A stretch of 64,000 nt of DNA from Deltaproteobacteria bacterium (lineage in GTDB: Bacteria > Desulfobacterota > Syntrophia > Syntrophales > JACQWR01), in the NCBI GenBank assembly GCA_026388415.1, contig JAPLJV010000043.1, forward strand, positions 8,478-72,477, given 5' to 3'. Below are positions 17,167-25,855 of this stretch, piece by piece. Every line of letters begins with the position of its first letter. Position 1 is the stretch's first letter. The position numbers and the translations under genes were made by a program. The notes beneath the pieces are model-generated. The model made no database searches. It was not told the origin of the DNA and worked only from the letters and a program-made list of their open reading frames with translations.

Positions 17167-17784
17167 GTGATTATGTTATCGGGGAAACCATTTTTCACAA
17201 AAGAACGGATAAGATTTCTTTTTCGGAAGATTATCCTCCCATTGCTTTTGATCTATGCTGTCCTCGGGATTGCCGCAACAATACGCAATATGACCGTAAA
17301 AAATAATGAATATGCCGCGGTTCTTCTTTCCGACTATGCATTCTGGCAATATGATTATTGGGTATCTCCCTGCGCCTTTCTCGGGTCCTATATCTCTTGG
17401 TCGCACTACTTTAACAACAGAAACATGAAGGTAAAATGGTTTCTTAGTGCCAAGAGCAATGACTTTGAGGAAGTTATTAAAGACAAAAATTGTCAGAGTA
17501 TTGTGCTGGTTGGACATGGAGATATAGACAGCTGGCAAGCAACGGATATGGAAATTTCAAATTCAGCCGTTAGCACGATGATGAAAGATGTGCCCAAGAA
17601 GAGAGGTGAGTGGCTGCAGTTGAGCTGTGGAGGGGATAGCAAATATTTCATGAGAATGGGCGAATTGGTGATGGAAAACAAAAAGAATGTCCACACATAC
17701 TCTACCGCTGTAACCACCTATTATTTCATTTTTGATACCCTATCTGGCTTCAGATATCTTAAATCCTTGAACCGTCAGCCTTAA
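17167..17784 (+). CDS. hypothetical membrane-anchored protein
   Basis: 205 aa. TM helix IILPLLLIYAVLGIAATI. Soluble part has SIVLVGHGD and LQLSCGGD motifs. Start is GTG 17167 or ATG 17173. Confidence 0.55.
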   Translation: MIMLSGKPFFTKERIRFLFRKIILPLLLIYAVLGIAATIRNMTVKNNEYAAVLLSDYAFWQYDYWVSPCAFLGSYISWSHYFNNRNMKVKWFLSAKSNDFEEVIKDKNCQSIVLVGHGDIDSWQATDMEISNSAVSTMMKDVPKKRGEWLQLSCGGDSKYFMRMGELVMENKKNVHTYSTAVTTYYFIFDTLSGFRYLKSLNRQP

Positions 17785-18214
17785 AAATCCCTACCATGGT
17801 TAAAACTGCCGGAAAGGCGATTATTTCCGCAGGAGGAATGCTGAAATCCAGGTTTTGAAATATCGCAGGGCAGAACTAATTTTCAGAAGGTTTAAAACAG
17901 GTTCGCAGAAATACAGCGGATGACAAGAGATCGACTTCCTTTGCTGATGCCTCCAATCCAATATTGCAAGCAGCACATCCCAAGACATTCATACCAAACA
18001 GAATACTGAAATTTGCCTCTAATCCCTTTGTAGGAGTCCTGTTGTCAAATCCTATGGGACCATTATCCGAGTAGAGTGGAAACATAATTTATCCTTTTCA
18101 TCATTTTTCTGAGATACTTACCTTCCTTGGGTGGATTAAAGCTTATCGCTTGAGAAGTACTTACATTATCGGTTTATAGCAGCTGGAACTGAAGATCCTA
18201 AAACGCACCGAGGT

Positions 18215-18547
18215 ATGTTTATTGACATTTGTCGTTCATGTAGATATATAGAAGACGCAAAATATCAGTGGGGAACGCTAATGGATACCAGCCATGATAC
18301 CAAACTTAAAGGATATTGTCCCATGTTGGGTGGTCAGGTTCCCTTCCTATATTGCAGGAAATGTGGAAACAATCAACAACCCTGCTGGAAAGTATTTGAT
18401 TGTTGGTGGGAAACATTCGACATCGTGGAATTCATGCAGAAGAACTTGTCGGAAGACGATTTCCGTCAATTGCTAACATTCCAACCGAAAGCAAAGATCA
18501 CGACTCTCCTCGAACTGATTGAAAAAACGAAAGAGTCATCACTCTGA
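18215..18547 (+). CDS. Cys-rich hypothetical protein
   Basis: 110 aa. CPMLGGQVPFLYCRKCGNNQQPCWKVFDCWW cysteine cluster. Alternative start at 18281. Confidence 0.5.
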   Translation: MFIDICRSCRYIEDAKYQWGTLMDTSHDTKLKGYCPMLGGQVPFLYCRKCGNNQQPCWKVFDCWWETFDIVEFMQKNLSEDDFRQLLTFQPKAKITTLLELIEKTKESSL

Positions 18548-18608
18548 ACATCTATTTATAAGGGGAAGGGATCGGAAAACAAACAAATATGAAGTTATTT
18601 TTTTAATG

Positions 18609-19295
18609 TCACTTTTTGCCAGATATTTTTGGAAGAGCACTAATTGATTGTATTTTACAGCTACCCTCGCAGCCACAGGATAAACCTTGCGACTTTTCAA
18701 ATGCCTCTTTCCCTTCTCGGTACGAAAAATATGCTATGAGAAGAGCGCCCGCTGAATCGAATATGTTTAATCCGGTGATTTCATAACCGAGACTGGCGAT
18801 CAGAAGTACTATGGACAAATAGAGGCAAGCTTTTGAACAAGCCGCATCTGCAAGAATTGCCGATGAATTGAGTGCTTTACCAACCTTGGTCTTGTAGTGA
18901 ATCAGAAGCCACATAAAGGACATGGAAATCAGTGAAACAATGATTCCCCAAAACGTTGAATTTGGTTTGTGCTGCTCATACAATGATAATCCCGCTGAAA
19001 GAACAAGACCAAGTGTCAGCACATAAAAAGCCCAACCGGTTATTTTTAGTGCTTGCTGCTCAAAATTATCCTTGGTTTCCATTCCGTTTGCTTGTATCCT
19101 TCTGACCATGTGCCAGATCCCGATTCCGGATATTACTTCGACGAAAGAATCCACTCCGAAACCGAATAGTGACAAGGTTTCATCAGCAGCGCCAAGCCAT
19201 ACAGAAATAATCCCTTCGATGATATTGTAACCAATAGTGATGATGGCCAGTAAGTTGGCGATGTAATAAAGTCGTTTTAGTGATGTATCGGTCAT
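18609..19295 (-). CDS. cation-efflux (CDF)-like membrane protein, short form
   Basis: 228 aa, about 6 TM. IEGIISVWLGAADETLSLFGFGVDSFVEVISG resembles the TM1-2 region of CDF transporters. Cys-rich tail CGCEGSC. Confidence 0.65.
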   Translation of the reverse strand: MTDTSLKRLYYIANLLAIITIGYNIIEGIISVWLGAADETLSLFGFGVDSFVEVISGIGIWHMVRRIQANGMETKDNFEQQALKITGWAFYVLTLGLVLSAGLSLYEQHKPNSTFWGIIVSLISMSFMWLLIHYKTKVGKALNSSAILADAACSKACLYLSIVLLIASLGYEITGLNIFDSAGALLIAYFSYREGKEAFEKSQGLSCGCEGSCKIQSISALPKISGKK

Positions 19296-19347
19296 CTTAT
19301 AACCTTATAATTTGAAAGTTATCCATGGGGGTATTATGATCCAATTC

Positions 19348-19584
19348 TCATCTACAATCAATAACATTCCAACATGCCATACGTGCAGGCTTCGCAGTTA
19401 ATCCGGGTTCTTTGAATTTGTCCACTTGATACCCGGAATGAAAGCCACCATAATAAACCTTTGCTTCCATGTCCTTTGTGGGAACATTAATGACAAATTC
19501 TTTTTCGCTTTCGATCAGCTTACAGGAATATGCGCTTCTTCCAATGGCACAGGCGATGAGAGGCGGTTCCTTTGATACGGGCAT
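19348..19584 (-). pseudogene. flavin reductase-like domain fragment
   Basis: VSKEPPLIACAIGRSAYSCKLIESEKEFVINVP matches the core of the flavin reductase family, but both the N- and C-terminal parts are missing. The upstream in-frame sequence has no start codon. Confidence 0.5.
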
Positions 19585-19734
19585 GCAATGGTCTTCAGTT
19601 ATTTTGATCCAGAGGAACGGAAGGAAAGGCGCAGAACTGTTTCCCCAGAGGATTGCAGAAAAGCTTTTGAATTGGGTGCCCGGTTAGCAAAAGGTTAAAA
19701 CGAGAACCAATGAAAGTGGAAAGTATTAAACCCT

Positions 19735-19763
19735 TTGACAATTGTTAACACGCAGGTTAACAT
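19735..19763 (+). promoter_or_regulatory. candidate promoter/operator of the HigBA-like module
   Basis: TTGACA (19735-19740), 17 nt, TAACAT (19758-19763). The palindrome TGTTAAC-n6-GTTAACA lies within the spacer. Confidence 0.4.
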
Positions 19764-19769
19764 ATACCT

Positions 19770-20126
19770 ATGATTGGGACGGTTGTTTTCTATAAGACTG
19801 TGAGTGGAGAATGTCCGGTTCAGGACTTTCTCGATTCCCTATCCGGGAAGGTAGCGCAGAAAATAGCGTGGGTGCCCCAACTCCTGGAGGATTTGGAAAG
19901 AGTACCCTCTGTATTCTTCAAGAAACTGACTGGGACTGAAGAAATATGGGAGTGCCGGATTCAATATGGTTCAAATATTTACCGGATATTCTGTTTTTTT
20001 GACAGTCATTCCGTCGTTGTTTTGACTCACGGATTGGTAAAGAAAACGCAAAAAACACCACCACAGGAGATCGAAAGAGCAGAATCCTATAGAAGGGATT
20101 ATTTGACCAGGAGGAAAAAGTCATGA
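19770..20126 (+). CDS. RelE/HigB-type toxin (phage Gp49-like family)
   Basis: 118 aa. ...EIWECRIQYGSNIYRIFCFFDSHSVVVLTHGLVKKTQKTPPQEIERAE... is typical of the Gp49/DUF891 family. 4-nt overlap with the downstream HTH gene. Confidence 0.85.
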   Translation: MIGTVVFYKTVSGECPVQDFLDSLSGKVAQKIAWVPQLLEDLERVPSVFFKKLTGTEEIWECRIQYGSNIYRIFCFFDSHSVVVLTHGLVKKTQKTPPQEIERAESYRRDYLTRRKKS

Positions 20127-20398
20127 GTGACCTGAAAAAATATATTGCTGACAGAAATAAGACAGATAAGGAATTCTCCAATGGGTTTGATGAAGGATAC
20201 GAACAGTTCAAAATTGGGATAGTTCTCCGTCAGGCGAGAGAAACTGCAGGGTTGACCCAGGAGGAGCTCGCACTTCGTCTCAAGACGAAAAAAACGGCTA
20301 TTTCAAGAATTGAAAACCACGCGGAGGATATTAAGCTGTCAACTTTAGATCGGGTTGCGAAAGCACTGGGGAGACGATTAGAGGTCCATATCGCATAG
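20123..20398 (+). CDS. XRE-family HTH antitoxin (HigA-like)
   Basis: 91 aa. LRQARETAGLTQEELALRLKTKKTAISRIENHAEDIKLSTLDRVAKALG. Confidence 0.85.
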   Translation: MSDLKKYIADRNKTDKEFSNGFDEGYEQFKIGIVLRQARETAGLTQEELALRLKTKKTAISRIENHAEDIKLSTLDRVAKALGRRLEVHIA

Positions 20399-20423
20399 CA
20401 ATTTATACAACTTACGAATGGTA

Positions 20424-20499
20424 GGTGTGTCCCGGTGTGTCCTTTACCTCTGAAATGGGTGTAAAACGGTTGTACACGGTTACACTCGGGGACACACAA
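20424..20499. repeat. GGACACAC-type repeats near attR (candidate arm-type sites)
   Basis: GGTGTGTCCC (20424-20433) and GGTGTGTCC (20434-20442) in tandem. Inverted copy CGGGGACACACAA (20487-20499), in the same orientation as the attL-side CCGGACACAA repeats. Confidence 0.5.
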
Positions 20500-20557
20500 A
20501 CTTTAATGAAAGCGAATAGTTGTAATAAAACAGGCGACTTAGATATCTTTTAAATTC

Positions 20558-20606
20558 GCCTCTCACGCCGGTAGCAGGGGTTCAAATCCCCTTGGGACTA
20601 CCAATA
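20558..20606 (+). repeat. attR-type direct repeat (copy of the tRNA-Glu 3' part)
   Basis: Identical 49-mer to 12048-12096. Not preceded by the 5' half of a tRNA. Confidence 0.85.
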
Positions 20607-20614
20607 ATAAAAAC

Positions 20615-20647
20615 AGGGACATAGATAGAAATCTCGGTCCCTTTTTT
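20615..20647 (+). terminator. rho-independent terminator just outside attR (probable native tRNA-Glu terminator)
   Basis: AGGGAC (20615-20620), 16-nt loop, GTCCCT (20637-20642), then a T-run TTTTTT. Confidence 0.55.
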
Positions 20648-20801
20648 ATTGGCTGAAAATCAAATCCCAATCCTATTTCCAACCTTGGCAACTGAAATTT
20701 TGTCCATTGGATGTTATGCATCTTCAGAGAATATCAAGTAAACTGTTTTTACATTCAACCTGTTTTATGGTATGCTCGCAACATCAAATAAAGGAGATGT
20801 T

Positions 20802-21161
20802 ATGAAAATACGTATTTATATCCTTGCACTGATTATGTTTTTTGTTTGTTTACCCGCCGTCAATGCCCAGGAATATGGTCGGATCCGCGCTCTGCAACAG
20901 AGAGCAGTTGCTGTAATCAAACAAAAGAATGATTTTGTTTCTAACGTGCTGACATCTTACAAGATCCCCCATGAACGTAATGTTGAGGGCGCCGTCGTGC
21001 GTATCCATAAAGACAACCAGTGGCTGGATGTGACCAGCATCGAAATTGTTCCCTTGCTCAAAGAAGCAGCCGGCGAACGCCAGCAAGTTGCCGCTCATCA
21101 ACTCTTGTTTTATACCTCCGGGGGGATACTGGAGTTGGTTACGGAAGTGATAATACGTTGA
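20802..21161 (+). CDS. secreted hypothetical protein
   Basis: ATG at 20802 lies 6 nt after AAAGGAG. Signal peptide MKIRIYILALIMFFVCLPAVNAQ. Confidence 0.55.
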   Translation: MKIRIYILALIMFFVCLPAVNAQEYGRIRALQQRAVAVIKQKNDFVSNVLTSYKIPHERNVEGAVVRIHKDNQWLDVTSIEIVPLLKEAAGERQQVAAHQLLFYTSGGILELVTEVIIR

Positions 21162-21172
21162 TCCGATGAATC

Positions 21173-22123
21173 TTATTTTCTGGAACTCTTCCCGCCCCGG
21201 ATCTTGCCGGCTACAGCCAGAACTGTGTTAACATAAACGGTGCTGTTGTTGTATGCAAAGACGGCCTGCCGCTTACCCTCTCTATCTATGTTGCATTTCC
21301 AGCCATGCTTGTTAAGGTAATTGGCTATGCTGTAAATGGCGTCCTTGGTGACAAAAGGATCAACCCGTCCGTCCTTATCGGCATCCACACCATAGGAAGA
21401 CAGATTTGAGGGCATGAACTGGCACAGACCGATGGCCCCATAAATTGAGCCGCGGATACCGAGGGGATCAACGCCTCTGTCACCGGCGTAGTTAAGCAGG
21501 GCTTTTAGTTCATTATAGGCCCAATCGGCTTTCTGACGGCACATAGTCCGGGCATAATCCTCATCAACGGGGCTCAGGGTGCGATTGAGATAAGGTTTGA
21601 TGGTTTCCAGGTCCGCGCAGGAGGCCATACTGGCCAGTCTGTTGAAGACGATGGACCGGCCTGTATTGTTGCCCAGCCGCGTCTCTACGAGCAAAATAGA
21701 TACGATGACTTCTGCCGGGACACAATAGCCGGCGCTGACTTCCTTCAGGATCTTTCTGTTCTCCAGCATGTAGGAACGCGCTTTGGTAATGGTCCTGAAT
21801 TTTAGAAAACCCTTATGGACATCGTTGTGATCAAGTGGACCCGAGACAGAGGGCCTTTCCTGATGATTTCTGACGAGAACCGCTATTTTACCCGCCATTA
21901 CCGTCGGTTCAAATTTAACCTCCGGGCGGGAAAAAAGTATCGAAAGGCGCTGCTCATCAAAGCCGTCCGCAAGAAGACGTTCTGTAAGGGGTCGCCAACT
22001 TGCACAGGCTACCGGCGTGAAGGCCAGAAAAACCGCTAAAAATACAACCAGGAAGCACCAGGGAGGAATGCTCGCGTCGGTTTTGTTTGCAGCCGGTAAA
22101 AGATACGCATCAGGTGCGCCCAT
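21173..22123 (-). CDS. mltB: lytic murein transglycosylase B family
   Basis: 316 aa. ILLVETRLGNNTG (catalytic Glu), GAIGLCQFMPSNLSSYGVDADKDGRVDPF. Confidence 0.88.
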   Translation of the reverse strand: MGAPDAYLLPAANKTDASIPPWCFLVVFLAVFLAFTPVACASWRPLTERLLADGFDEQRLSILFSRPEVKFEPTVMAGKIAVLVRNHQERPSVSGPLDHNDVHKGFLKFRTITKARSYMLENRKILKEVSAGYCVPAEVIVSILLVETRLGNNTGRSIVFNRLASMASCADLETIKPYLNRTLSPVDEDYARTMCRQKADWAYNELKALLNYAGDRGVDPLGIRGSIYGAIGLCQFMPSNLSSYGVDADKDGRVDPFVTKDAIYSIANYLNKHGWKCNIDREGKRQAVFAYNNSTVYVNTVLAVAGKIRGGKSSRK

Positions 22124-22536
22124 GGAGCCCCGCTCCTTTTTACGGTCGGATCAACAAATGCAGGTGTAGAAAAATCATACAGAGTGAGGTGGTTCATTGG
22201 TCTCCTTATCTCACATTCTTTTTACTATATCAAAACAAATCTGTCATGATCGGGCAATCAGTCTTGCCGCCAGATCCGTAATCAGTTGCTCCAGCGGACG
22301 GTCACGGTTACCCGGTCATCATCCCTTAAGAGTCTAAGGATAAATGGATGCGGGCTGCCAAGCAAAAATAGCCACAATCAACAACGGGCGCTGGTCGCCT
22401 CAGATTCATGAGAATTTCCTGAAAGCGTAATTGACGGATATCGAAAACTATGCAAGACTGCAATTTATCAAGGATGAGCCTAATGTGAAACCACGCTGCG
22501 AGAAGATGTTTTTGACAACATGGAAAGGAGAGACAA

Positions 22537-22650
22537 ATGGGAGACAAGGGCGGTAAGAAAGATAAGGAAAAGGGGCAGAAACAGAACACAGAAAAACAGA
22601 AACAAAAATCAAAAAACAAGATTGATAAGCAGCCCCAAAGAAAGCCTTAA
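22537..22650 (+). CDS. possible 37-aa Lys/Gln-rich micro-protein or leader peptide
   Basis: MGDKGGKKDKEKGQKQNTEKQKQKSKNKIDKQPQRKP*. AAAGGAGAG SD 6-7 nt upstream. Sits in a roughly 110-nt purine-rich tract 50 nt upstream of the protease gene. Confidence 0.3.
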   Translation: MGDKGGKKDKEKGQKQNTEKQKQKSKNKIDKQPQRKP

Positions 22651-22699
22651 TGGAAATCACGGTACGGAGACCGCCATCATGCAAAGATCGGGACGGAAT

Positions 22700-23809
22700 A
22701 TGCGCCATTTGTGGTTCTTGGTCTTGATGGCCTTGGCGCCTGCTGCCTGGGGCGCTGATTGGAAACCTCTGCCATCAACGGCAGCCTACCAATCACAGGT
22801 TGATCTCGACTCCGTCGGGATGTACGGCGTTTTCCTCCTGAACCGGGCGTATGTGCGCCCTCAGGCGCTGGCAGGGGGCAAAATCTATTCCACCATGCGC
22901 TCCCAGTATTACGTACTTTGCAATGAGGGGAAGGTCTCGTTGGAGACGGCTTTATACTTTGGCGAAGGCGGGAAACTGACGCACATAGATTTTCGGAGAG
23001 ACTGGAAGTCTAAATTTGCCGCGCCGGATAATAGTTCCGATATCGCTGGGGCCATGTCGCAGGTTTGCGACCGGCTCGCGGGGAACACCGACAGCGGAGC
23101 GGCACTGGTAGTGAAGAAAGCCGTGCCGGCGAGACCGACCGTTTCGACCGGGTCGGGCATCGTGATCACACCGAACGGTCTCATCTTGACCAATGAACAT
23201 GTAGTCCGGCAATTCGACTCCCTTCAGGTCGTTCTCGATTCCACCCGCACCGTGAAGGCCACCCTGCGGACTGCGGACACGGCGGGAGATCTCGCGCTGC
23301 TCGCGACTGAAGAATCATTTCCGCTGGCGGCGCCGGTCCGGCAGGATGCGGCCCCCAGATTGGGCGAACCGGTGGCGGTAATCGGGTACCCGCTGGTCAA
23401 TGTACTCAGCGCGCAACCCAATGTCAGTTTCGGTCACGTGAACTCGACGGTCGGGGTAAAGGGCAATCCCGCGCAGATGCAGATTGATGTCCCGATCCAG
23501 CGCGGCAGCAGCGGCGGGCCGGTGCTCGACGCGGCTGGCAATGTCATCGGCATCGTGGTCTCCAAGCTCGATGCCCTCAAACTAGCCAAAAACACCGGTG
23601 ATTTGCCGCAGAACATCAATTTTGCGATCCGCGGCGACGTCGTGCGATCGTTCCTCGAAGCTCAACATGTCGCTTTCACGGCTTCGTCCGTTTCCTCCAA
23701 GCTGGAGAATACTGAAATTGCCAAACGTGGCGCCGCGGTCACCGTACTCGTCCGCTGCATTCGCGAATCCGCTACGGCACAGCCCCCTGCAACCCCCGCG
23801 TCACCCTGA
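22700..23809 (+). CDS. secreted trypsin-like serine protease (S1 family) with an N-terminal accessory domain
   Basis: Start taken at MRHLWFLVLMALAPAAWGA (signal peptide). Catalytic region GSGIVITPNGLILTNEHVV...DLALL...GSSGGPVLDAAGNVIGIV. Confidence 0.85.
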   Translation: MRHLWFLVLMALAPAAWGADWKPLPSTAAYQSQVDLDSVGMYGVFLLNRAYVRPQALAGGKIYSTMRSQYYVLCNEGKVSLETALYFGEGGKLTHIDFRRDWKSKFAAPDNSSDIAGAMSQVCDRLAGNTDSGAALVVKKAVPARPTVSTGSGIVITPNGLILTNEHVVRQFDSLQVVLDSTRTVKATLRTADTAGDLALLATEESFPLAAPVRQDAAPRLGEPVAVIGYPLVNVLSAQPNVSFGHVNSTVGVKGNPAQMQIDVPIQRGSSGGPVLDAAGNVIGIVVSKLDALKLAKNTGDLPQNINFAIRGDVVRSFLEAQHVAFTASSVSSKLENTEIAKRGAAVTVLVRCIRESATAQPPATPASP

Positions 23810-23981
23810 CTTCAATAGCAAATAAAAGCGGCCGGCCAAGCATTGGTCAGCAGGAAGATATTTTGTTAAGTTATCTCATGGTCAGTTTCGCCCAAACGGC
23901 TGTGACTTGACAGAACGGGAGGAAGCCGGTATGCTTCCTGCGACGCGTCAGTGACAGCGAATTACGCAAGGAGGCGAAACA

Positions 23982-24719
23982 ATGGGGGCAGTGGTGCTGG
24001 CAATTTCCGGATCGCTCCGGAAGCGCTCCTTCACGGAGAAGATGCTTGTCCTGTGTATTGAGGGGATGGGCGACGGGATCGAGGTGCACAAGTTCTACCC
24101 GCACCGGATGAACATCGGACCGTGCGACAGTTGCTGGTCTTGCTGGGGCAGGAAGACCCCGGGCGAGTGCGTTCAGAAGGATGATTTTCAGGAAATTATT
24201 GAAGTCTATAAACGCGCCGACTACTTTCTGCTCGCAGCGCCGCTTTATGTCTTTGGTTTTCCGGCCACGGTCAAGAATATGCTGGACAGATTCTTTGTCA
24301 TCGTGGAACCGGCGCAGATTGAATCGGCCAGCGGCCATACCACACACCCCACGCGTTTCGGGCGCCATCCCCAAACGGCGCTGATATCATCTTGCGGCTT
24401 TCCCGAGCTTGATAACTTTGATATCTTGAGGCGGCATTTCCGGCTCATCTGTGAGCACATGGGCCTGACCTGGGCCGGCGAGATCCTCATCCCGGCTTCG
24501 GGGATCGCCAGAGCGCCCAAACTATTCGACAGGAAGTACGACCTGATCCGCGCCGCAGGCAAAGAACTGGTCCGGGGTAGCATCTCCCCGGAAACAACCG
24601 ATGCCATCGCGGCTCCCGTCATGCCGGCCGCAGACTACCGCCGGATGGCCACGCTGAGTTTCGAAGGCACTATGACGGCGAAGGCAAAAATGGCCATGAT
24701 CGCCATTAAGTCCCTATAA
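23982..24719 (+). CDS. flavodoxin-like NAD(P)H-dependent FMN reductase / iron-sulfur flavoprotein-like
   Basis: 245 aa. AISGSLRKRSFT, compact Cys motif CDSCWSCWGRKTPGEC, AAPLYVFGFPATVKNMLDRF. AAGGAGG SD. Confidence 0.8.
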   Translation: MGAVVLAISGSLRKRSFTEKMLVLCIEGMGDGIEVHKFYPHRMNIGPCDSCWSCWGRKTPGECVQKDDFQEIIEVYKRADYFLLAAPLYVFGFPATVKNMLDRFFVIVEPAQIESASGHTTHPTRFGRHPQTALISSCGFPELDNFDILRRHFRLICEHMGLTWAGEILIPASGIARAPKLFDRKYDLIRAAGKELVRGSISPETTDAIAAPVMPAADYRRMATLSFEGTMTAKAKMAMIAIKSL

Positions 24720-24797
24720 TTGATAAGAAATTCATTTTTCGTGGGGGGAGTATAGGGGGCTGTTTTTGCTTGTCAAGGGATATGTCGGGGTAAAAAT

Positions 24798-25178
24798 ATG
24801 CTCGAACGAAATTTGCAGTGCCGGCAAGGTTTTACCCTGCTGGAAGTGATGATTGCCATGGCGATCCTGGCGATCTCTCTGGTGGCGGTCTTTCGCTCCC
24901 AGTCGCAGAGCGTCTCCATGGCCAGTGAGGCACGTTTTCTTACTACGGCATCCCTGCTGGCCCAGGGTAAAATGGCGGAGATGGAAAGCCTGAAGCCGCA
25001 GGAGCTCAGCGATGGGAGCGGCGGCTTTGGGGAGGATTTCCCCGATTATCTATGGCGGGTTGAGGTTAAGGACACGGCTTTTCAATATCTAAAGAAGATT
25101 GATGTCATCGTCACCAACAGCATAATGGTAACCAATAATGCCTATCACCTCGAACTCTACAGGTTTGTCCGGAAATAA
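24798..25178 (+). CDS. gspI: type II secretion minor pseudopilin GspI-like
   Basis: 126 aa. Prepilin leader ...CRQG|FTLLEVMIAMAILAISL. Assignment based on size and position upstream of J and K. Confidence 0.78.
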   Translation: MLERNLQCRQGFTLLEVMIAMAILAISLVAVFRSQSQSVSMASEARFLTTASLLAQGKMAEMESLKPQELSDGSGGFGEDFPDYLWRVEVKDTAFQYLKKIDVIVTNSIMVTNNAYHLELYRFVRK

Positions 25179-25830
25179 AAGGGGCTTTACCCTGCTGGAG
25201 ATCCTGATTGCCGTTTTTATCCTGACTACGGTATTGTCCACCGTATATGCCGCCTATCGGGGCACCTTCCAGATTATTCATGATTCCGAAAGAGATGGTG
25301 AAATTTACGGGGTGGCGAGGAACACGATGCTCAGAATTATCAAAGATCTGAGCGCCGTGACGATGTCCGGCGGCACGTTTAGGTTTGTTTCCCGGGCGTC
25401 GGAGACCGCCGGCGCCAATTTCATGGATATTGCCTTTACCTCCCGGGCGCACCTGAGCTGGGTGGAAAATGAGAGCTCGGGCACACTGGCCGCAATCAGC
25501 TATTATGTGGATGAGGACGGGCCGGAAGGCAGTGTCAGGCTGTTGCGGAGGGATGTGCCCAGTGTCGAGGCGGGTAGCGAAGTACCGGAGAGACCGGGTT
25601 TTGTCATTTGTGAAGGGCTGTATTCCCTGACCTATAAATTTACCGACAGTTCAGGGCAGGGTCATGATTCCTGGGATTCCATCGCCGGTGCGACGGGCGA
25701 GAAAAACAAAATCCCGGCCATGGCCTCCATCGAATTGAAACTTGTAAATCCGCAGGACAAGGAGCGGCCTTACAGATTTGCTACCAGTGTTTTTCTGCCG
25801 GCTGGCGCTGCCGCTGCGGTACAACCATAA
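25138..25830 (+). CDS. gspJ: type II secretion minor pseudopilin GspJ-like
   Basis: 230 aa. Prepilin leader ...NKRG|FTLLEILIAVFIL. Positioned between the I- and K-like genes. Confidence 0.72.
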   Translation: MPITSNSTGLSGNKRGFTLLEILIAVFILTTVLSTVYAAYRGTFQIIHDSERDGEIYGVARNTMLRIIKDLSAVTMSGGTFRFVSRASETAGANFMDIAFTSRAHLSWVENESSGTLAAISYYVDEDGPEGSVRLLRRDVPSVEAGSEVPERPGFVICEGLYSLTYKFTDSSGQGHDSWDSIAGATGEKNKIPAMASIELKLVNPQDKERPYRFATSVFLPAGAAAAVQP

Positions 25831-25855
25831 AAGGGGAAATGAAATTATCACAACG

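Larger units (their letters stand above)
12048..20606. mobile_element. decayed tRNA-Glu-integrated genomic island (about 8.5 kb)
   Basis: Exact 49-bp direct repeats at both ends, an integrase C-terminal remnant next to the tRNA, arm-like repeats at both ends, an interior visibly more AT-rich than the flanks, unrelated cargo and a TA module. Confidence 0.75.

Noticed and set aside
17876-18085. 69-aa minus-strand ORF with an AAGGA SD.
   Set aside because: It is possible but unsupported. I recognise no family, and it lies in decaying island DNA, so it is not listed as a feature.
23871-24374. 167-aa minus-strand ORF.
   Set aside because: It overlaps the flavodoxin-like FMN reductase gene, which has an AAGGAGG SD and clear family motifs. 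It is a shadow ORF.
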